This document shows, piece after piece, positions 8,980 through 17,823 of a stretch of 36,398 nucleotides of DNA. Source of the DNA: a virus (Duplodnaviria > Caudoviricetes); IMG/VR virus record IMGVR_UViG_3300005058_000167, positions 1 to 36,398 of that record. The stretch is one strand, 5' to 3'. Within the stretch, counting starts at the first letter, position 1. Every line of letters begins with the position of its first letter. The notes under the pieces were generated by a model. It had not been told where the DNA came from. It searched no databases and was given only the letters and a program-made list of their open reading frames with translations. Position numbers and translations under genes: made by a program.

Positions 8980-9027
8980 AGTTTGCGCGTGCGCGCGAGG
9001 GCTGCTTAGGCTGGAAACGTTTCCAGC
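8980..9027 (-). promoter_or_regulatory. Late promoter 1 (lysis/packaging arm): activator dyad + -10
   Basis: Perfect palindrome GCTGGAAACGTTTCCAGC 9010-9027, 24 nt, then CAAACT (8985-8980). Confidence 0.75.
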
Positions 9028-9045
9028 TACGGGGTTACGGGATGA

Positions 9046-9073
9046 TCAGTCACGTCCATTGGGTCGTGACTGA
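9046..9073. terminator. Hairpin downstream of repressor-linked operon
   Basis: TCAGTCACG/CGTGACTGA 9-bp stem; no clear U-tract on the minus strand. Confidence 0.4.
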
Positions 9074-9083
9074 ACAAAACGCA

Positions 9084-9677
9084 TCAGTTGTTCTTGTTCT
9101 CTGGGAGGTCGAACATTCCGACAAGATGGACTGCGTGTGCGATGCCGCCAACGCTATTCGCATAATGCTGCTGACCGGTGACAATTCCACAGAACTTGGC
9201 TCGACTGTTCGCCACAATTTCACCCGTCGAGCGAACGGCTACGAACCGGTAAAGCTGGCCAGCATCGTTGTACATGCCACCAAGGAACACCTTTCCGCCG
9301 GGAACTGTGTTGTCTACTGAGATTTCGATGACCCTTCCCCCGGTACAGATTCTGCTGCCCCGCTGAGAGTTGGAGTCCTTCATCACCATTGCGTATTTAC
9401 CAGCCGGTATTTCTTGAAGCTCTGACCATTTCATCCTGTCAATGCTCCACAGCGCCAGTGCTGCAGTGCCTTGATCGAGATTTTCATCAGGCTTGTCTGT
9501 CATATATAGACGTGTGGCTGCAATTGCCGCTCTCAAGGTTTCTGGTTGGGGAGGAGCAGGAGCAGAAACCGGAATTTTCTGTTCAGAATTACCCGCTGAT
9601 TTCGTGGGTTCTGAACCTTGAGGACTACAGGCAGCCAACATAGCGCATGCAGCAAGGAAGGTAACGACGGCTCTCAC
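9084..9677 (-). CDS. Accessory lipoprotein
   Basis: Lipobox MLAA-C; lower GC; co-oriented with repressor. Confidence 0.75.
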   Translation of the reverse strand: MRAVVTFLAACAMLAACSPQGSEPTKSAGNSEQKIPVSAPAPPQPETLRAAIAATRLYMTDKPDENLDQGTAALALWSIDRMKWSELQEIPAGKYAMVMKDSNSQRGSRICTGGRVIEISVDNTVPGGKVFLGGMYNDAGQLYRFVAVRSTGEIVANSRAKFCGIVTGQQHYANSVGGIAHAVHLVGMFDLPENKNN

Positions 9678-9688
9678 GATTTTCCCCT

Positions 9689-10468
9689 TTAATTTTCCAA
9701 AAATAGGCCATAGCTCCGACCTTGCTTGACGCGCTTGATATCGCCGATTATCTCTGCGTAGTACATCACATACCGAAACCGCTCGACATCAAACTCAGGA
9801 AACCCTTTCGCCAGGCTTGACTGGATCACGCCAGGGCGTGACTCGACAATCGGCATGACCACTGCCATCACCTCGGTGTAGTATGGATCGGCGCGCATCA
9901 GCCCCGCTAGCAAATGATCATAGGCTGCAGTGGCTTCGGGCAGCGCATTCTCTTCACGCATCCGGAAACCGACTGCGCGTAGCTCTTGCCGGGCCGCCTC
10001 AAAGTCGAGCCGTAGCCAATGTCGGCGCACTGTATCGAACTGGCGCTGCCAGTAGTCATCGATTTCGACCCCGGTTTCGATCCATGCAGCCCTGGCACGA
10101 ACCTTCGAAGCGAGAGTTGGATGCACCGCTCCGATCCGCAACGCGATGCCTCGTAGCCATGTTTGAGCTGATCTGCTGGTTTTGTGAATCCGTTCTCTGG
10201 CCACCTCTGGTCCGATGGCATTCTCGATTGTGCCACGCTCGCTTTCGGTCAGAGACTCCTGCCACCACTCTGCCAGATCGAAATAATCAATCAGTCCGGA
10301 TGGCGTGTCATCGACGTTGACGGCGCCCAGTGTCGTGATGTGCAAGTTCTGAATCACCACGGTATTCGTGCCACAAAGTTGGCCGATCAGGCCGGTGATG
10401 TTGGTGCTATTGACGATGTCGCCTATGGCGGCTTGTGCGCCCTTATCAGCCGCTGCTTTGTTCCCCAT
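9689..10468 (-). CDS. Accessory hypothetical protein, possible C-terminal winged-HTH
   Basis: Start overlaps repressor 3' end; C-terminus RPGVIQSSL...IKRVKQGRSYGLF. Confidence 0.7.
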   Translation of the reverse strand: MGNKAAADKGAQAAIGDIVNSTNITGLIGQLCGTNTVVIQNLHITTLGAVNVDDTPSGLIDYFDLAEWWQESLTESERGTIENAIGPEVARERIHKTSRSAQTWLRGIALRIGAVHPTLASKVRARAAWIETGVEIDDYWQRQFDTVRRHWLRLDFEAARQELRAVGFRMREENALPEATAAYDHLLAGLMRADPYYTEVMAVVMPIVESRPGVIQSSLAKGFPEFDVERFRYVMYYAEIIGDIKRVKQGRSYGLFLEN

Positions 10469-10907
10469 TTGTTCCCCTGTTGACGATCTTCTTTCCCGCT
10501 GCCTGCGCATTTCTCCCGGTCGCAGTTACGGTGATTTGTGTCTGCTTTGCTTCAGCAGCTTTTTCTTTGATTTTTTTCTGTACTTCCAGCGGCCCTGATT
10601 CCGTAAGAACAAAGGCCAGCATCCGTCTTCGGGTCGGCACGTCGAGTGCGCGATAACCGTCGAGCAAGATCATTTCATCCGAAGCAAGCGCCGAGTTGGA
10701 GCGAATGCCGGTCAGGATGTACTGAGCATCCGCACCCGCCTGGGCGAACAGGAACAGCACGTCGCCACCCATCGCCGCCTTGGCGCGCTCGTACTTTCCC
10801 CACATCTCGCGACTGACGCCGCAAGTGCTTCCAGCCTGCTCCTGGCCAAGCTTCAAGCGCTTCCTTTCCTCGGCGATCCGAGGTGCACAAACAATACAAA
10901 AATCCAC
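10446..10907 (-). CDS. XRE-family phage repressor
   Basis: RIAEERKRLKLGQ...GVSREMWGKYER, GADAQYILTG; divergent from ner; GTG 10907 start preferred over TTG 10925. Confidence 0.88.
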   Translation of the reverse strand: MDFCIVCAPRIAEERKRLKLGQEQAGSTCGVSREMWGKYERAKAAMGGDVLFLFAQAGADAQYILTGIRSNSALASDEMILLDGYRALDVPTRRRMLAFVLTESGPLEVQKKIKEKAAEAKQTQITVTATGRNAQAAGKKIVNRGTNGEQSSG

Positions 10908-10918
10908 GTTCGACCCCG

Positions 10919-10947
10919 TTGACAAAGAGAACTCAAGTTCTCATAAT
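10919..10947 (+). promoter_or_regulatory. Early sigma70 promoter with overlapping operator
   Basis: TTGACA-17-CATAAT; palindrome GAGAACT-CA-AGTTCTC 10927-10942 lies in the spacer. Confidence 0.85.
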
Positions 10948-10960
10948 TGAAACCACTTGA

Positions 10961-10976
10961 ACGAACTTAAATTCTC
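10961..10976. promoter_or_regulatory. Second, degenerate operator
   Basis: ACGAACTTAAATTCTC, 12/16 match to first operator. Confidence 0.6.
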
Positions 10977-11006
10977 AATCCATAACAACGGAAGGAGTGA
11001 AACAAA

Positions 11007-11243
11007 GTGAAAGACAACGAAAGGCTAGCACAAGTAAATAACCGGATAAAGACCGCCGGTATTGCGCAGTCCGCCATCGCCAAGCGCCTCGAAGTTCCTG
11101 AGTCGACGGTTAGCAAGGTTCTCAGCGGAAAGATGCCGGGCAAGCGTGGAAATGCTCGCAAGGTCGCTGTGGCACTCGGAATCGTCGATGGTCGTTTGGA
11201 TGTGACCCTGGACGATGTTCTTGTTGGTTTGAAGGCAGCTTGA
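11007..11243 (+). CDS. Ner/Cro-like HTH regulator (BcepMu gp16-like)
   Basis: HTH, VLSGKMPGKRGNARKVAVALG; first early gene; AAGGAG RBS. Confidence 0.82.
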   Translation: MKDNERLAQVNNRIKTAGIAQSAIAKRLEVPESTVSKVLSGKMPGKRGNARKVAVALGIVDGRLDVTLDDVLVGLKAA

Positions 11244-11253
11244 GGAAAAATAA

Positions 11254-12492
11254 ATGAGTAATTCACCCGTCAAATACCGCCACCCCGGAAATCACGAACT
11301 GGAATGGAGTGGCAAGGGTCGTCAGCCGAAGTGGGTTGAGGCATACCTGGCCAATGGTGGATCGATGGTCAGCCTGGATGTGTCCGTGCAGCTCCGGGAC
11401 GAAATGGAGCAGCTTGAAGATGCGCTCGATGCTGCCGAAATGGAATCTGATGGTATCGACCTCGGCATCGGCGACAGCTCGCCGGCCGTGTTCGAACCGA
11501 ATTACCAGATCGTTGCCGACACTAGCACCGATGAGGCGCGGCAGAGTATTGCCCGAGATGCCGCTATGTTGATTCCCGATGAATCATCCAGCCAGCAGGT
11601 ATCGCAGTTGGCTAAAGAGATTGGTTATAACGGCTCCCCGACCATCGGTTCGCTGGAAGACGAGATTCGGTTTTATCAGCGCCGTACAGTGGAGGCATGC
11701 CTGGAGCTGGGTAAAAGGCTGCTGCTCCTTAAAGCCATGACGCCGCATGGTGAATTTGAAAAGCGCCTCTCGCTGCTCGGCATTGAAAACACCAAGGCGC
11801 AGCGCTTTATGAAAGCGGCTGGAGCTACAGCCAAAAGCAGCAATTTGCAGCTTTTGAGCGATAAAACAAAATCGTTTTCTGCGTTTTTTGAAATCGTGAT
11901 GACCGACGATGAGGTAGTTGAAAACATCCTGGAATGGGATGACGTTGACCGTCTCTCCGCCAGCCAGCTCAGGGCGCGGGTAAGAGAATATGAACAGTCG
12001 ATAAACCGCCTTCAAACCGACCTTAATACGGCGCAATCGCGGCTTTCTGCCGAAGCCAAGACTCTGCCACCGCCGCTATTGTCGAGAGAGGTTGATAAGC
12101 AGATTCAGTCTGCCCTGAATGCTGAAGCCATGGGAGCTGCGGCGGTTGATCTGCTGAATCGGCAGATCAGCGATATGGCCGCTGGCGGTGACTTCCTGGC
12201 GGAACGCGCTGCAACGCTGCATAGCTGCTTGTGCGCGCTGGCCTCCCGAGTGTCTGTGGCTTTCAGCGCCTTGCAGGCGGTCGCCGACGACTGCGATGTA
12301 AGCCTGCCGAAACGCCCTCAAATGGTGGTCAGCGAGGAGATGGCAAGGGAGTACCTGGCCGCTCATACGGGATACATCGAAACGGCTATCGAGCTTGTAC
12401 AGAAACAGCAGATTGCCCGTGGGGAGGTGCTTGGGCGCGGGCGTGGCCGACCGGCGGGAAGCAAGAACAATCGAAAAGCAGGGGAAGCGTGA
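11254..12492 (+). CDS. H-NS DNA-binding domain / DUF3102-like / AT-hook fusion protein
   Basis: N-term KYRHP..WSGKGRQPKWV; central ELGKRLLLLK..HGEF..AQRFM; C-term GRGRP. Confidence 0.8.
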   Translation: MSNSPVKYRHPGNHELEWSGKGRQPKWVEAYLANGGSMVSLDVSVQLRDEMEQLEDALDAAEMESDGIDLGIGDSSPAVFEPNYQIVADTSTDEARQSIARDAAMLIPDESSSQQVSQLAKEIGYNGSPTIGSLEDEIRFYQRRTVEACLELGKRLLLLKAMTPHGEFEKRLSLLGIENTKAQRFMKAAGATAKSSNLQLLSDKTKSFSAFFEIVMTDDEVVENILEWDDVDRLSASQLRARVREYEQSINRLQTDLNTAQSRLSAEAKTLPPPLLSREVDKQIQSALNAEAMGAAAVDLLNRQISDMAAGGDFLAERAATLHSCLCALASRVSVAFSALQAVADDCDVSLPKRPQMVVSEEMAREYLAAHTGYIETAIELVQKQQIARGEVLGRGRGRPAGSKNNRKAGEA

Positions 12493-12845
12493 TGTTCGGC
12501 GGCGTTCCTGACGTGATTTGCGACCTATGGATCATTCGTGACTGGCAGGCAAACGAAGCGTTGCGCGCTGGAAACGTCGATGCCTGCAATGCCATGCTCG
12601 CCGAGGCTCTTGATGACGAGGCGGCCGTCTATGGCCTGCCGCATGACTACACCGCCGGTCGGCGTGTGCATGTGTTTGCCAATGCTGACTGTGAAGTATG
12701 GCTCGGCTGCTACGACCCGGAATGGTGCAACGCGATATCCGTGCTGCCCGACACCGGCATGGCTGATGCAGTGGCTGAGGATGGTGGTCCATACGCCATC
12801 CTGCTGGATGGTCGTGCCGTGGTCGGTGTTCATTCCCGGAGCTGA
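12492..12845 (+). CDS. Hypothetical acidic protein
   Basis: TGATG coupling to the upstream gene; ends 2 nt before transposase. Confidence 0.6.
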   Translation: MFGGVPDVICDLWIIRDWQANEALRAGNVDACNAMLAEALDDEAAVYGLPHDYTAGRRVHVFANADCEVWLGCYDPEWCNAISVLPDTGMADAVAEDGGPYAILLDGRAVVGVHSRS

Positions 12846-12847
12846 AA

Positions 12848-14518
12848 ATGAAAGCGAGTGCGATGGTTAAACGCATCGACGTTTCGAAGGCGCCAGGTGT
12901 GCCCGCCGTGATGCCAACTGCCCAGGTACTGGCGCTGCGTGCGCGTGATCCATGGCGCGAGGCAACAGAGCGTGCTCGGAAGATTGCTGTAGCACGCGAA
13001 GATGTATTGCTCAACCTGAAGTCGCGAATTATTCCTGGCGTGAGCGTTGATCGCGCTATCAAGTCGCTGCAGGCCGCTGCCGAGGCGGGAGAGCTGCCCC
13101 CGTTCCTGACGAATCAGTTGCGACTAGTGACGACACGGAAGGGACGGGCTGCACCGGGTCGAAATACGCTCTATGAATGGCTCGGCGATTATGAAGCGGA
13201 AGGTGTCACAGGACTCTTGCCGGAATACAAGGGCCGCGTCGTCGAAGCGGCCGGTTGGTGGGGCCCGGCACTGGAATACTTCAACGCACCCAGCAAGCCG
13301 GACATGTCGGCGGTGCATCGCCGCCTGGTCGAGGTCGATCACTTCGCCGTGTCGTATGACCAGGTACGCGGCTACCTGACCGGCGTGCCGGCCATGTACG
13401 GCCGCAACAGCCCGGCGCGGATCGGTCGAAACCTCTACAAGCTGACCGAGAAGGCCTTCATCCGGCGCTCGGTGCTGGCAGCGCTGCCGGGCGACATCCT
13501 GGCAGCGGACGGCTACAGCGCTGACGTGTATCTGGCACACCCGCTGACCGGTGGCCTGTGGCGGCCCGAGCTGACCGTGTGCATCGACGTGCGAAGCGGC
13601 TTCGTTCCGTACTGGCGGGCCGACGAACACGAAGGCACTTACGCCGTGCAGAACATGTGGGCCGAGGCTTTAAGCCGCTGGAACCATACGCCCATCTTCC
13701 TGTACGTCGACAATGGTTCCGGCCACAAGAACCGCCTGATGAGCGATGACAACGTCGGCTTCTACAAGCGGGCCGGCATCGTCGAGGTCATTCACGCGCT
13801 GCCGGGCAACCCGCACGGCAAGGGATGGATTGAGCGCTTCTTCAGGTCGATGAAGGATGACTTCCTGAAGATGGAGTTCCCGCAGTTCTACTGCGGCACC
13901 GACGCCTCGTCCGATCACCTCAAGCACGTCGTGAATGAGGTCCGGGCCGGTCGTATGGAAGCGCCCAGCCTGGCTGAGTTCACCGAGAAGTTCAACGCCT
14001 GGCTGATGCGCTACCACAACCGGCCGTCACCCGCCGAGCCACGCCGTACCCGGGCCGAAATCTGGGGCGAGCTGCAGCCGATCCCGCCGGCCGACAGCGT
14101 CAAGGAACTCAAGCGCCAGGCAACGCAGCTCACGGTGCGCCGCGCCTCGGTCAAGCACTACCGCCGGGAGTATGGCCACGCCGATCTGCATGCCTTCAAC
14201 GGTCAGAAGCTCATTGTCGAGTACGACCTGGTCGATGCCAGCTTCGTCGTCATCCGTACGCCGGACGGCCGCTGGATATGCGATGCGCCGCTGATCAAGG
14301 CTATCGACGTGATTGCACCGAACCGCCTGGAAGAAGCCCGCCAGATGCGTGCCGACAACGCCATCAAGCGCCTCGAAAAGAAGATGGCCGAGCAGCAGGC
14401 CCGCGCCGGCCGCGTGATCGACGCCGATGCCATCGCCGATGGCGCCGCCCTGGAAGGCCACTCCATTCGCCTGCTGCCCGAAGACGGCAACGACGACGAA
14501 ATCAACCTGTTCGACTAA
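12848..14518 (+). CDS. Mu-type DDE transposase (MuA)
   Basis: LAADG, YVDNGSG, KGWIERFF catalytic triad; Mu-type C-terminal domain. Confidence 0.93.
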   Translation: MKASAMVKRIDVSKAPGVPAVMPTAQVLALRARDPWREATERARKIAVAREDVLLNLKSRIIPGVSVDRAIKSLQAAAEAGELPPFLTNQLRLVTTRKGRAAPGRNTLYEWLGDYEAEGVTGLLPEYKGRVVEAAGWWGPALEYFNAPSKPDMSAVHRRLVEVDHFAVSYDQVRGYLTGVPAMYGRNSPARIGRNLYKLTEKAFIRRSVLAALPGDILAADGYSADVYLAHPLTGGLWRPELTVCIDVRSGFVPYWRADEHEGTYAVQNMWAEALSRWNHTPIFLYVDNGSGHKNRLMSDDNVGFYKRAGIVEVIHALPGNPHGKGWIERFFRSMKDDFLKMEFPQFYCGTDASSDHLKHVVNEVRAGRMEAPSLAEFTEKFNAWLMRYHNRPSPAEPRRTRAEIWGELQPIPPADSVKELKRQATQLTVRRASVKHYRREYGHADLHAFNGQKLIVEYDLVDASFVVIRTPDGRWICDAPLIKAIDVIAPNRLEEARQMRADNAIKRLEKKMAEQQARAGRVIDADAIADGAALEGHSIRLLPEDGNDDEINLFD

Positions 14519-14527
14519 GGGGAAATC

Positions 14528-15472
14528 ATGACTGAACAAATCAACTGGCCCGACCACTACACGGGCGTCGACCGCGAACTGATCGAAGCCACCCTCAAGT
14601 GGATCGAACAGCGCAGCTACACCCAGGCCGCCCTGGCCCGCCTGGCGCGCATCAGCGCCAGCAGCCTCAACCAGATTCTCAAGGGCACCTATGTCACCAG
14701 CCCGACCAAGCTGCTGGCCTCGGTTGAATCCGCCATGCGCCACGCCGACGAAACCAGCGGCCATGCCATGGCCCCGGTGCAGACCAGCGTTTTCAAGCTG
14801 GTGAATACCGCCTGCGACATGGCCCGGCGCTACCGCAACTTCGCGGTGATGACCGGCTTTGTCGGTACCGGAAAGACTTTCGCCTTGAAGTATTACGTCA
14901 GCACGCACCCGAACACCTACTTCATCGAAGCGGCGCCGACCATGACGCAGGCCAGCCTGACCAAGCAGCTCTACCGCCTGGTGGTCGGTACCGGCAAGGG
15001 CAGCATCGCCGACAAGTTTGATGAGCTGGTAGCCAGCCTCAAGAACACCGATGCGCTGCTCATCGTCGATGAGGCCGAGACGCTGACGCCGAATCAGTTG
15101 CACACCATTCGCCGCGTCCGTGACCTGGCCGGCATCGGCATCGTGCTCGCCGGTACCGAACACCTCTCGGGCCTGATCAAGCCGCAGCACGGCCAGTTCG
15201 ACCAGATTCGCAGCCGTACCGGCTTCTGGCCCGGCACGGTGACCGGCATCACCGCCGAGGATGCCGCTGCCCTGGTGCAGTCTGCCTTCGGCGCCGAAGA
15301 GGTCGCCGACGACGTGGTCGCTCGGCTCTTCGCCTACTGCAAGGGCAGCGCCCGGATGCTGGTCGAAGGCTTGATCGCCGGCATCAAGGAATTCCGCAAG
15401 AACCGCCCGCTCGACGTGAAGTTGGTCGATGCCGTCGCCAAACAGGCCCTGTGCCTGCAATCCCTCGCCTGA
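14528..15472 (+). CDS. MuB-like AAA+ transposition ATPase
   Basis: N-terminal HTH, GFVGTGKT, LLIVDEAE. Confidence 0.93.
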   Translation: MTEQINWPDHYTGVDRELIEATLKWIEQRSYTQAALARLARISASSLNQILKGTYVTSPTKLLASVESAMRHADETSGHAMAPVQTSVFKLVNTACDMARRYRNFAVMTGFVGTGKTFALKYYVSTHPNTYFIEAAPTMTQASLTKQLYRLVVGTGKGSIADKFDELVASLKNTDALLIVDEAETLTPNQLHTIRRVRDLAGIGIVLAGTEHLSGLIKPQHGQFDQIRSRTGFWPGTVTGITAEDAAALVQSAFGAEEVADDVVARLFAYCKGSARMLVEGLIAGIKEFRKNRPLDVKLVDAVAKQALCLQSLA

Positions 15473-15482
15473 AAGGTCCGCC

Positions 15483-15734
15483 ATGGAAAACGTCATCCGC
15501 ATCGACAGCCGGCCGCGTGTGTTGCACGCCGCCTTCGTCCGCAGCCTCGCCGAGGCGAACCGCGCCGCCCGCCAGTTGCGCAAGCTGGGCTGCCACGTGC
15601 TCAGCCTGACCGTGGCTGACGCGGGCGCCGAGATCGTGGTCGACCGCAACCCGCACCGCACCCTGATCGGCTGCCCGGGCGTGCATGTCACCTGCGCGCA
15701 ATCCAACCTCGTGCGTGTCGCCCGCCATGTCTGA
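15483..15734 (+). CDS. Hypothetical early protein
   Basis: ATG with GAAAGG upstream; phage-typical codon usage. Confidence 0.65.
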   Translation: MENVIRIDSRPRVLHAAFVRSLAEANRAARQLRKLGCHVLSLTVADAGAEIVVDRNPHRTLIGCPGVHVTCAQSNLVRVARHV

Positions 15735-15990
15735 TCGCGCGCCCTGGACCGACATCGAGGACGGTCTGCTGCGCGGCTACATCGCCGAAGGCATTGGCCC
15801 TTGCGCGGCTGCGCGCCGCCTGAGCCGGCCTGAGTCATCGGTATATCGCCGCATCGAGACGCTCAGCCTGAAGGTGAAGAAGCAGCAGCGCGCCTGCATG
15901 TGCTGCCGTGCCCCGTTCATGTCCGATGGCCCGCACAACCGCCTTTGTGGCCGTTGCCGGACCAAGGAAAAAACCCCGTTCGACTTTTAA
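15727..15990 (+). CDS. HTH + Zn-ribbon protein
   Basis: AARRLSRPESSV helix-turn-helix; CMCC...HNRLCGRC. Confidence 0.7.
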   Translation: MSDRAPWTDIEDGLLRGYIAEGIGPCAAARRLSRPESSVYRRIETLSLKVKKQQRACMCCRAPFMSDGPHNRLCGRCRTKEKTPFDF

Positions 15991-16005
15991 CCTGGAGTAA
16001 GCGAA

Positions 16006-16539
16006 ATGCCCCCGAAAACCACCAAGACCCGCATCAAGACCCCGGCCGTAGCCGTTGCAGTTCCGCAGAACCGTGAGCAGGCTGCCAAGTCCATTGCCGA
16101 GATCGGCACGCTGACCCGCGAACTGTCGCGCTGCACGGCCGACATGAACGATGAACTCGCCCTGGTCAAGGAACGCTACGAGCAGCAGGCCGAACCGAAG
16201 CGCCTGAAGATCGAGGCGCTGACCGAGGGCGTGCGCACCTGGGCCGAAGCCAACCGCGACACCCTGACCCAGGGCGGCAAGGTGAAGACGGCCGCCCTGA
16301 CCACCGGCGAGGTGCTTTGGCGCCTGCGCCCGGCCAGCGTGCGCATCACCGGTGCCGATGCCGTGCTTGACCTGCTGCGCCGCATGGGCCTCGGCCGCTT
16401 CATTCGCACCAAGGATGAAGTCAACAAGGAAGCCATCCTCAACGAGCCGGAAGCCGTCTCCGCTGTGCCGGGCATCGCAATTGCCCAGGGCGAAGATTTC
16501 GTTGTGGTTCCGTTCGAGACCGAGCTGGCGGAGGGTTGA
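16006..16539 (+). CDS. gam: Host-nuclease inhibitor Gam
   Basis: WAEANRDTLT, GEVLWR, FIRTKDEVNKEAIL; Mu early region. Confidence 0.92.
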   Translation: MPPKTTKTRIKTPAVAVAVPQNREQAAKSIAEIGTLTRELSRCTADMNDELALVKERYEQQAEPKRLKIEALTEGVRTWAEANRDTLTQGGKVKTAALTTGEVLWRLRPASVRITGADAVLDLLRRMGLGRFIRTKDEVNKEAILNEPEAVSAVPGIAIAQGEDFVVVPFETELAEG

Positions 16540-16541
16540 TC

Positions 16542-16988
16542 ATGGATGCCCAAAAATCTCTGGCTGAAGCGATCAAGATGGTCGGCCGTTCAATGCCGGT
16601 CGGCATGGAAGTCCTTTTCAGTCGTGAGCCTGGCGAACCGGGCGCCTCGATGGTGATCGTTGAACCGAACGGGAACAGCACCGAGTATCGGTTTCTGAAA
16701 TCGGAGCCAATGGCTGATTTCGCGCTGGGAAGGTTGAGACTCGAATCCCAACTTGAGATGACGCTGCGCAATCTGCTCGCCAGCATCGAACTACACACCG
16801 ATTGCATGACTGGCGAGATTGATAGTGCTGCCATCGCCGATGAGGTAGATGCTGCTGAATTGCTGCTTTCCGAAAGCTGGGAGGTTGATGAAAGCCACCC
16901 GGCCAACCAGGTCAATTTTCAGCCGGCCACCGTCAGTTACCCGACCGGCAGCCTTGGCGAGCCTCTGGAGGTGTGCGATGAAGGCTGA
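16542..16988 (+). CDS. Hypothetical protein
   Basis: Tightly packed after gam. Confidence 0.65.
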   Translation: MDAQKSLAEAIKMVGRSMPVGMEVLFSREPGEPGASMVIVEPNGNSTEYRFLKSEPMADFALGRLRLESQLEMTLRNLLASIELHTDCMTGEIDSAAIADEVDAAELLLSESWEVDESHPANQVNFQPATVSYPTGSLGEPLEVCDEG

Positions 16989-17250
16989 TCGCATGGGAAC
17001 CTATACCGAGCAGGTCCGTGCTCGCATGGGCTGGATTTCGCCGACTGCCAGAAAGGCGGCCGGAAAGAATGACACCAAGGTCTGCATTAACTGCAACTGG
17101 GTCTGGCAGAAAGAAATCCCTAACCGCGATGGTGGTTGCGGAAACTACTCGACGTATTGCGGCCATCCGGCAGCCGGCGGTCATGATCATGTCGGTGGCC
17201 ATGCCACCCGCGATACAGCATCTTGTGACAAGTGGGAGCGGAAGCCATGA
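16978..17250 (+). CDS. Cys/His-rich hypothetical protein
   Basis: GGAGG RBS; CINC, YCGHP, SCDKW. Confidence 0.6.
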   Translation: MKADRMGTYTEQVRARMGWISPTARKAAGKNDTKVCINCNWVWQKEIPNRDGGCGNYSTYCGHPAAGGHDHVGGHATRDTASCDKWERKP

Positions 17251-17417
17251 CCCGCTACGCCTCCCGCAAGTTCCTGCTCGCCCTGGCCGCCCTGGTCAGC
17301 GCCAGCGCCCTGGTGGCCACCGGGCATATTGCCGATGGTGTCTATTCGGCGGTCGTCATTGCCACGGTCGGCGCCTACATCGCCGGCAACGTGACCCAAA
17401 AGGCGGTGACCAAATGA
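17247..17417 (+). CDS. Small two-TM membrane protein
   Basis: SRKFLLAL..., AYIAGNV; ATGA coupling. Confidence 0.7.
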   Translation: MTRYASRKFLLALAALVSASALVATGHIADGVYSAVVIATVGAYIAGNVTQKAVTK

Positions 17418-17611
17418 CGCCCGAACTCAAGCGCCAGCTTTTCCCGCTTCGCGCCCCGCGCTGGCAGTCCATGCTGTTTCACCCGGTGGCTGTGTTCGCT
17501 GCGGCAGTGGATGGCTACTTCGAAGCCTTCTTTGCGTGCTTCCCGGATCGCAAGCCGCGCATCACCTTCTTTTCGAAGCTGCCCGAGCGTATTCCGGAGG
17601 ATGTGCAATGA
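17414..17611 (+). CDS. Hypothetical protein
   Basis: ATGA coupling at both ends. Confidence 0.6.
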   Translation: MTPELKRQLFPLRAPRWQSMLFHPVAVFAAAVDGYFEAFFACFPDRKPRITFFSKLPERIPEDVQ

Positions 17612-17823
17612 GCGACGAAGACATCTACGAACGCCAGGTGCGCGTGCTTGAAAAAGAACTGGCGGCATCCCGCGAGACGCTGCGCGATCGGTTTGCGATG
17701 GCGGCTCTGACGGGCTACCTGGCGTCATTCGAACCGACGGAAGAGCCGTCCGAGTACGCAAGCTCCATCGCTATCGATTGCTTCCGCCTGGCCGATGTGA
17801 TGATGGAGGTGCGGGAAAAATGA
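17608..17823 (+). CDS. Hypothetical phage protein (LRDxFAMAAL motif)
   Basis: GGAGG RBS; motif common in small phage proteins. Confidence 0.65.
   Translation: MSDEDIYERQVRVLEKELAASRETLRDRFAMAALTGYLASFEPTEEPSEYASSIAIDCFRLADVMMEVREK

Noticed and set aside
9010..9027. Palindrome as terminator or recombination site
   Set aside because: No loop or U-tract; fixed 24-nt spacing to a -10 at four late-operon starts fits an activator site better.
8940..9320. Plus-strand 126-aa ORF across the lysis promoter
   Set aside because: Overlaps the promoter and the antisense lipoprotein gene; TTG start, no RBS.
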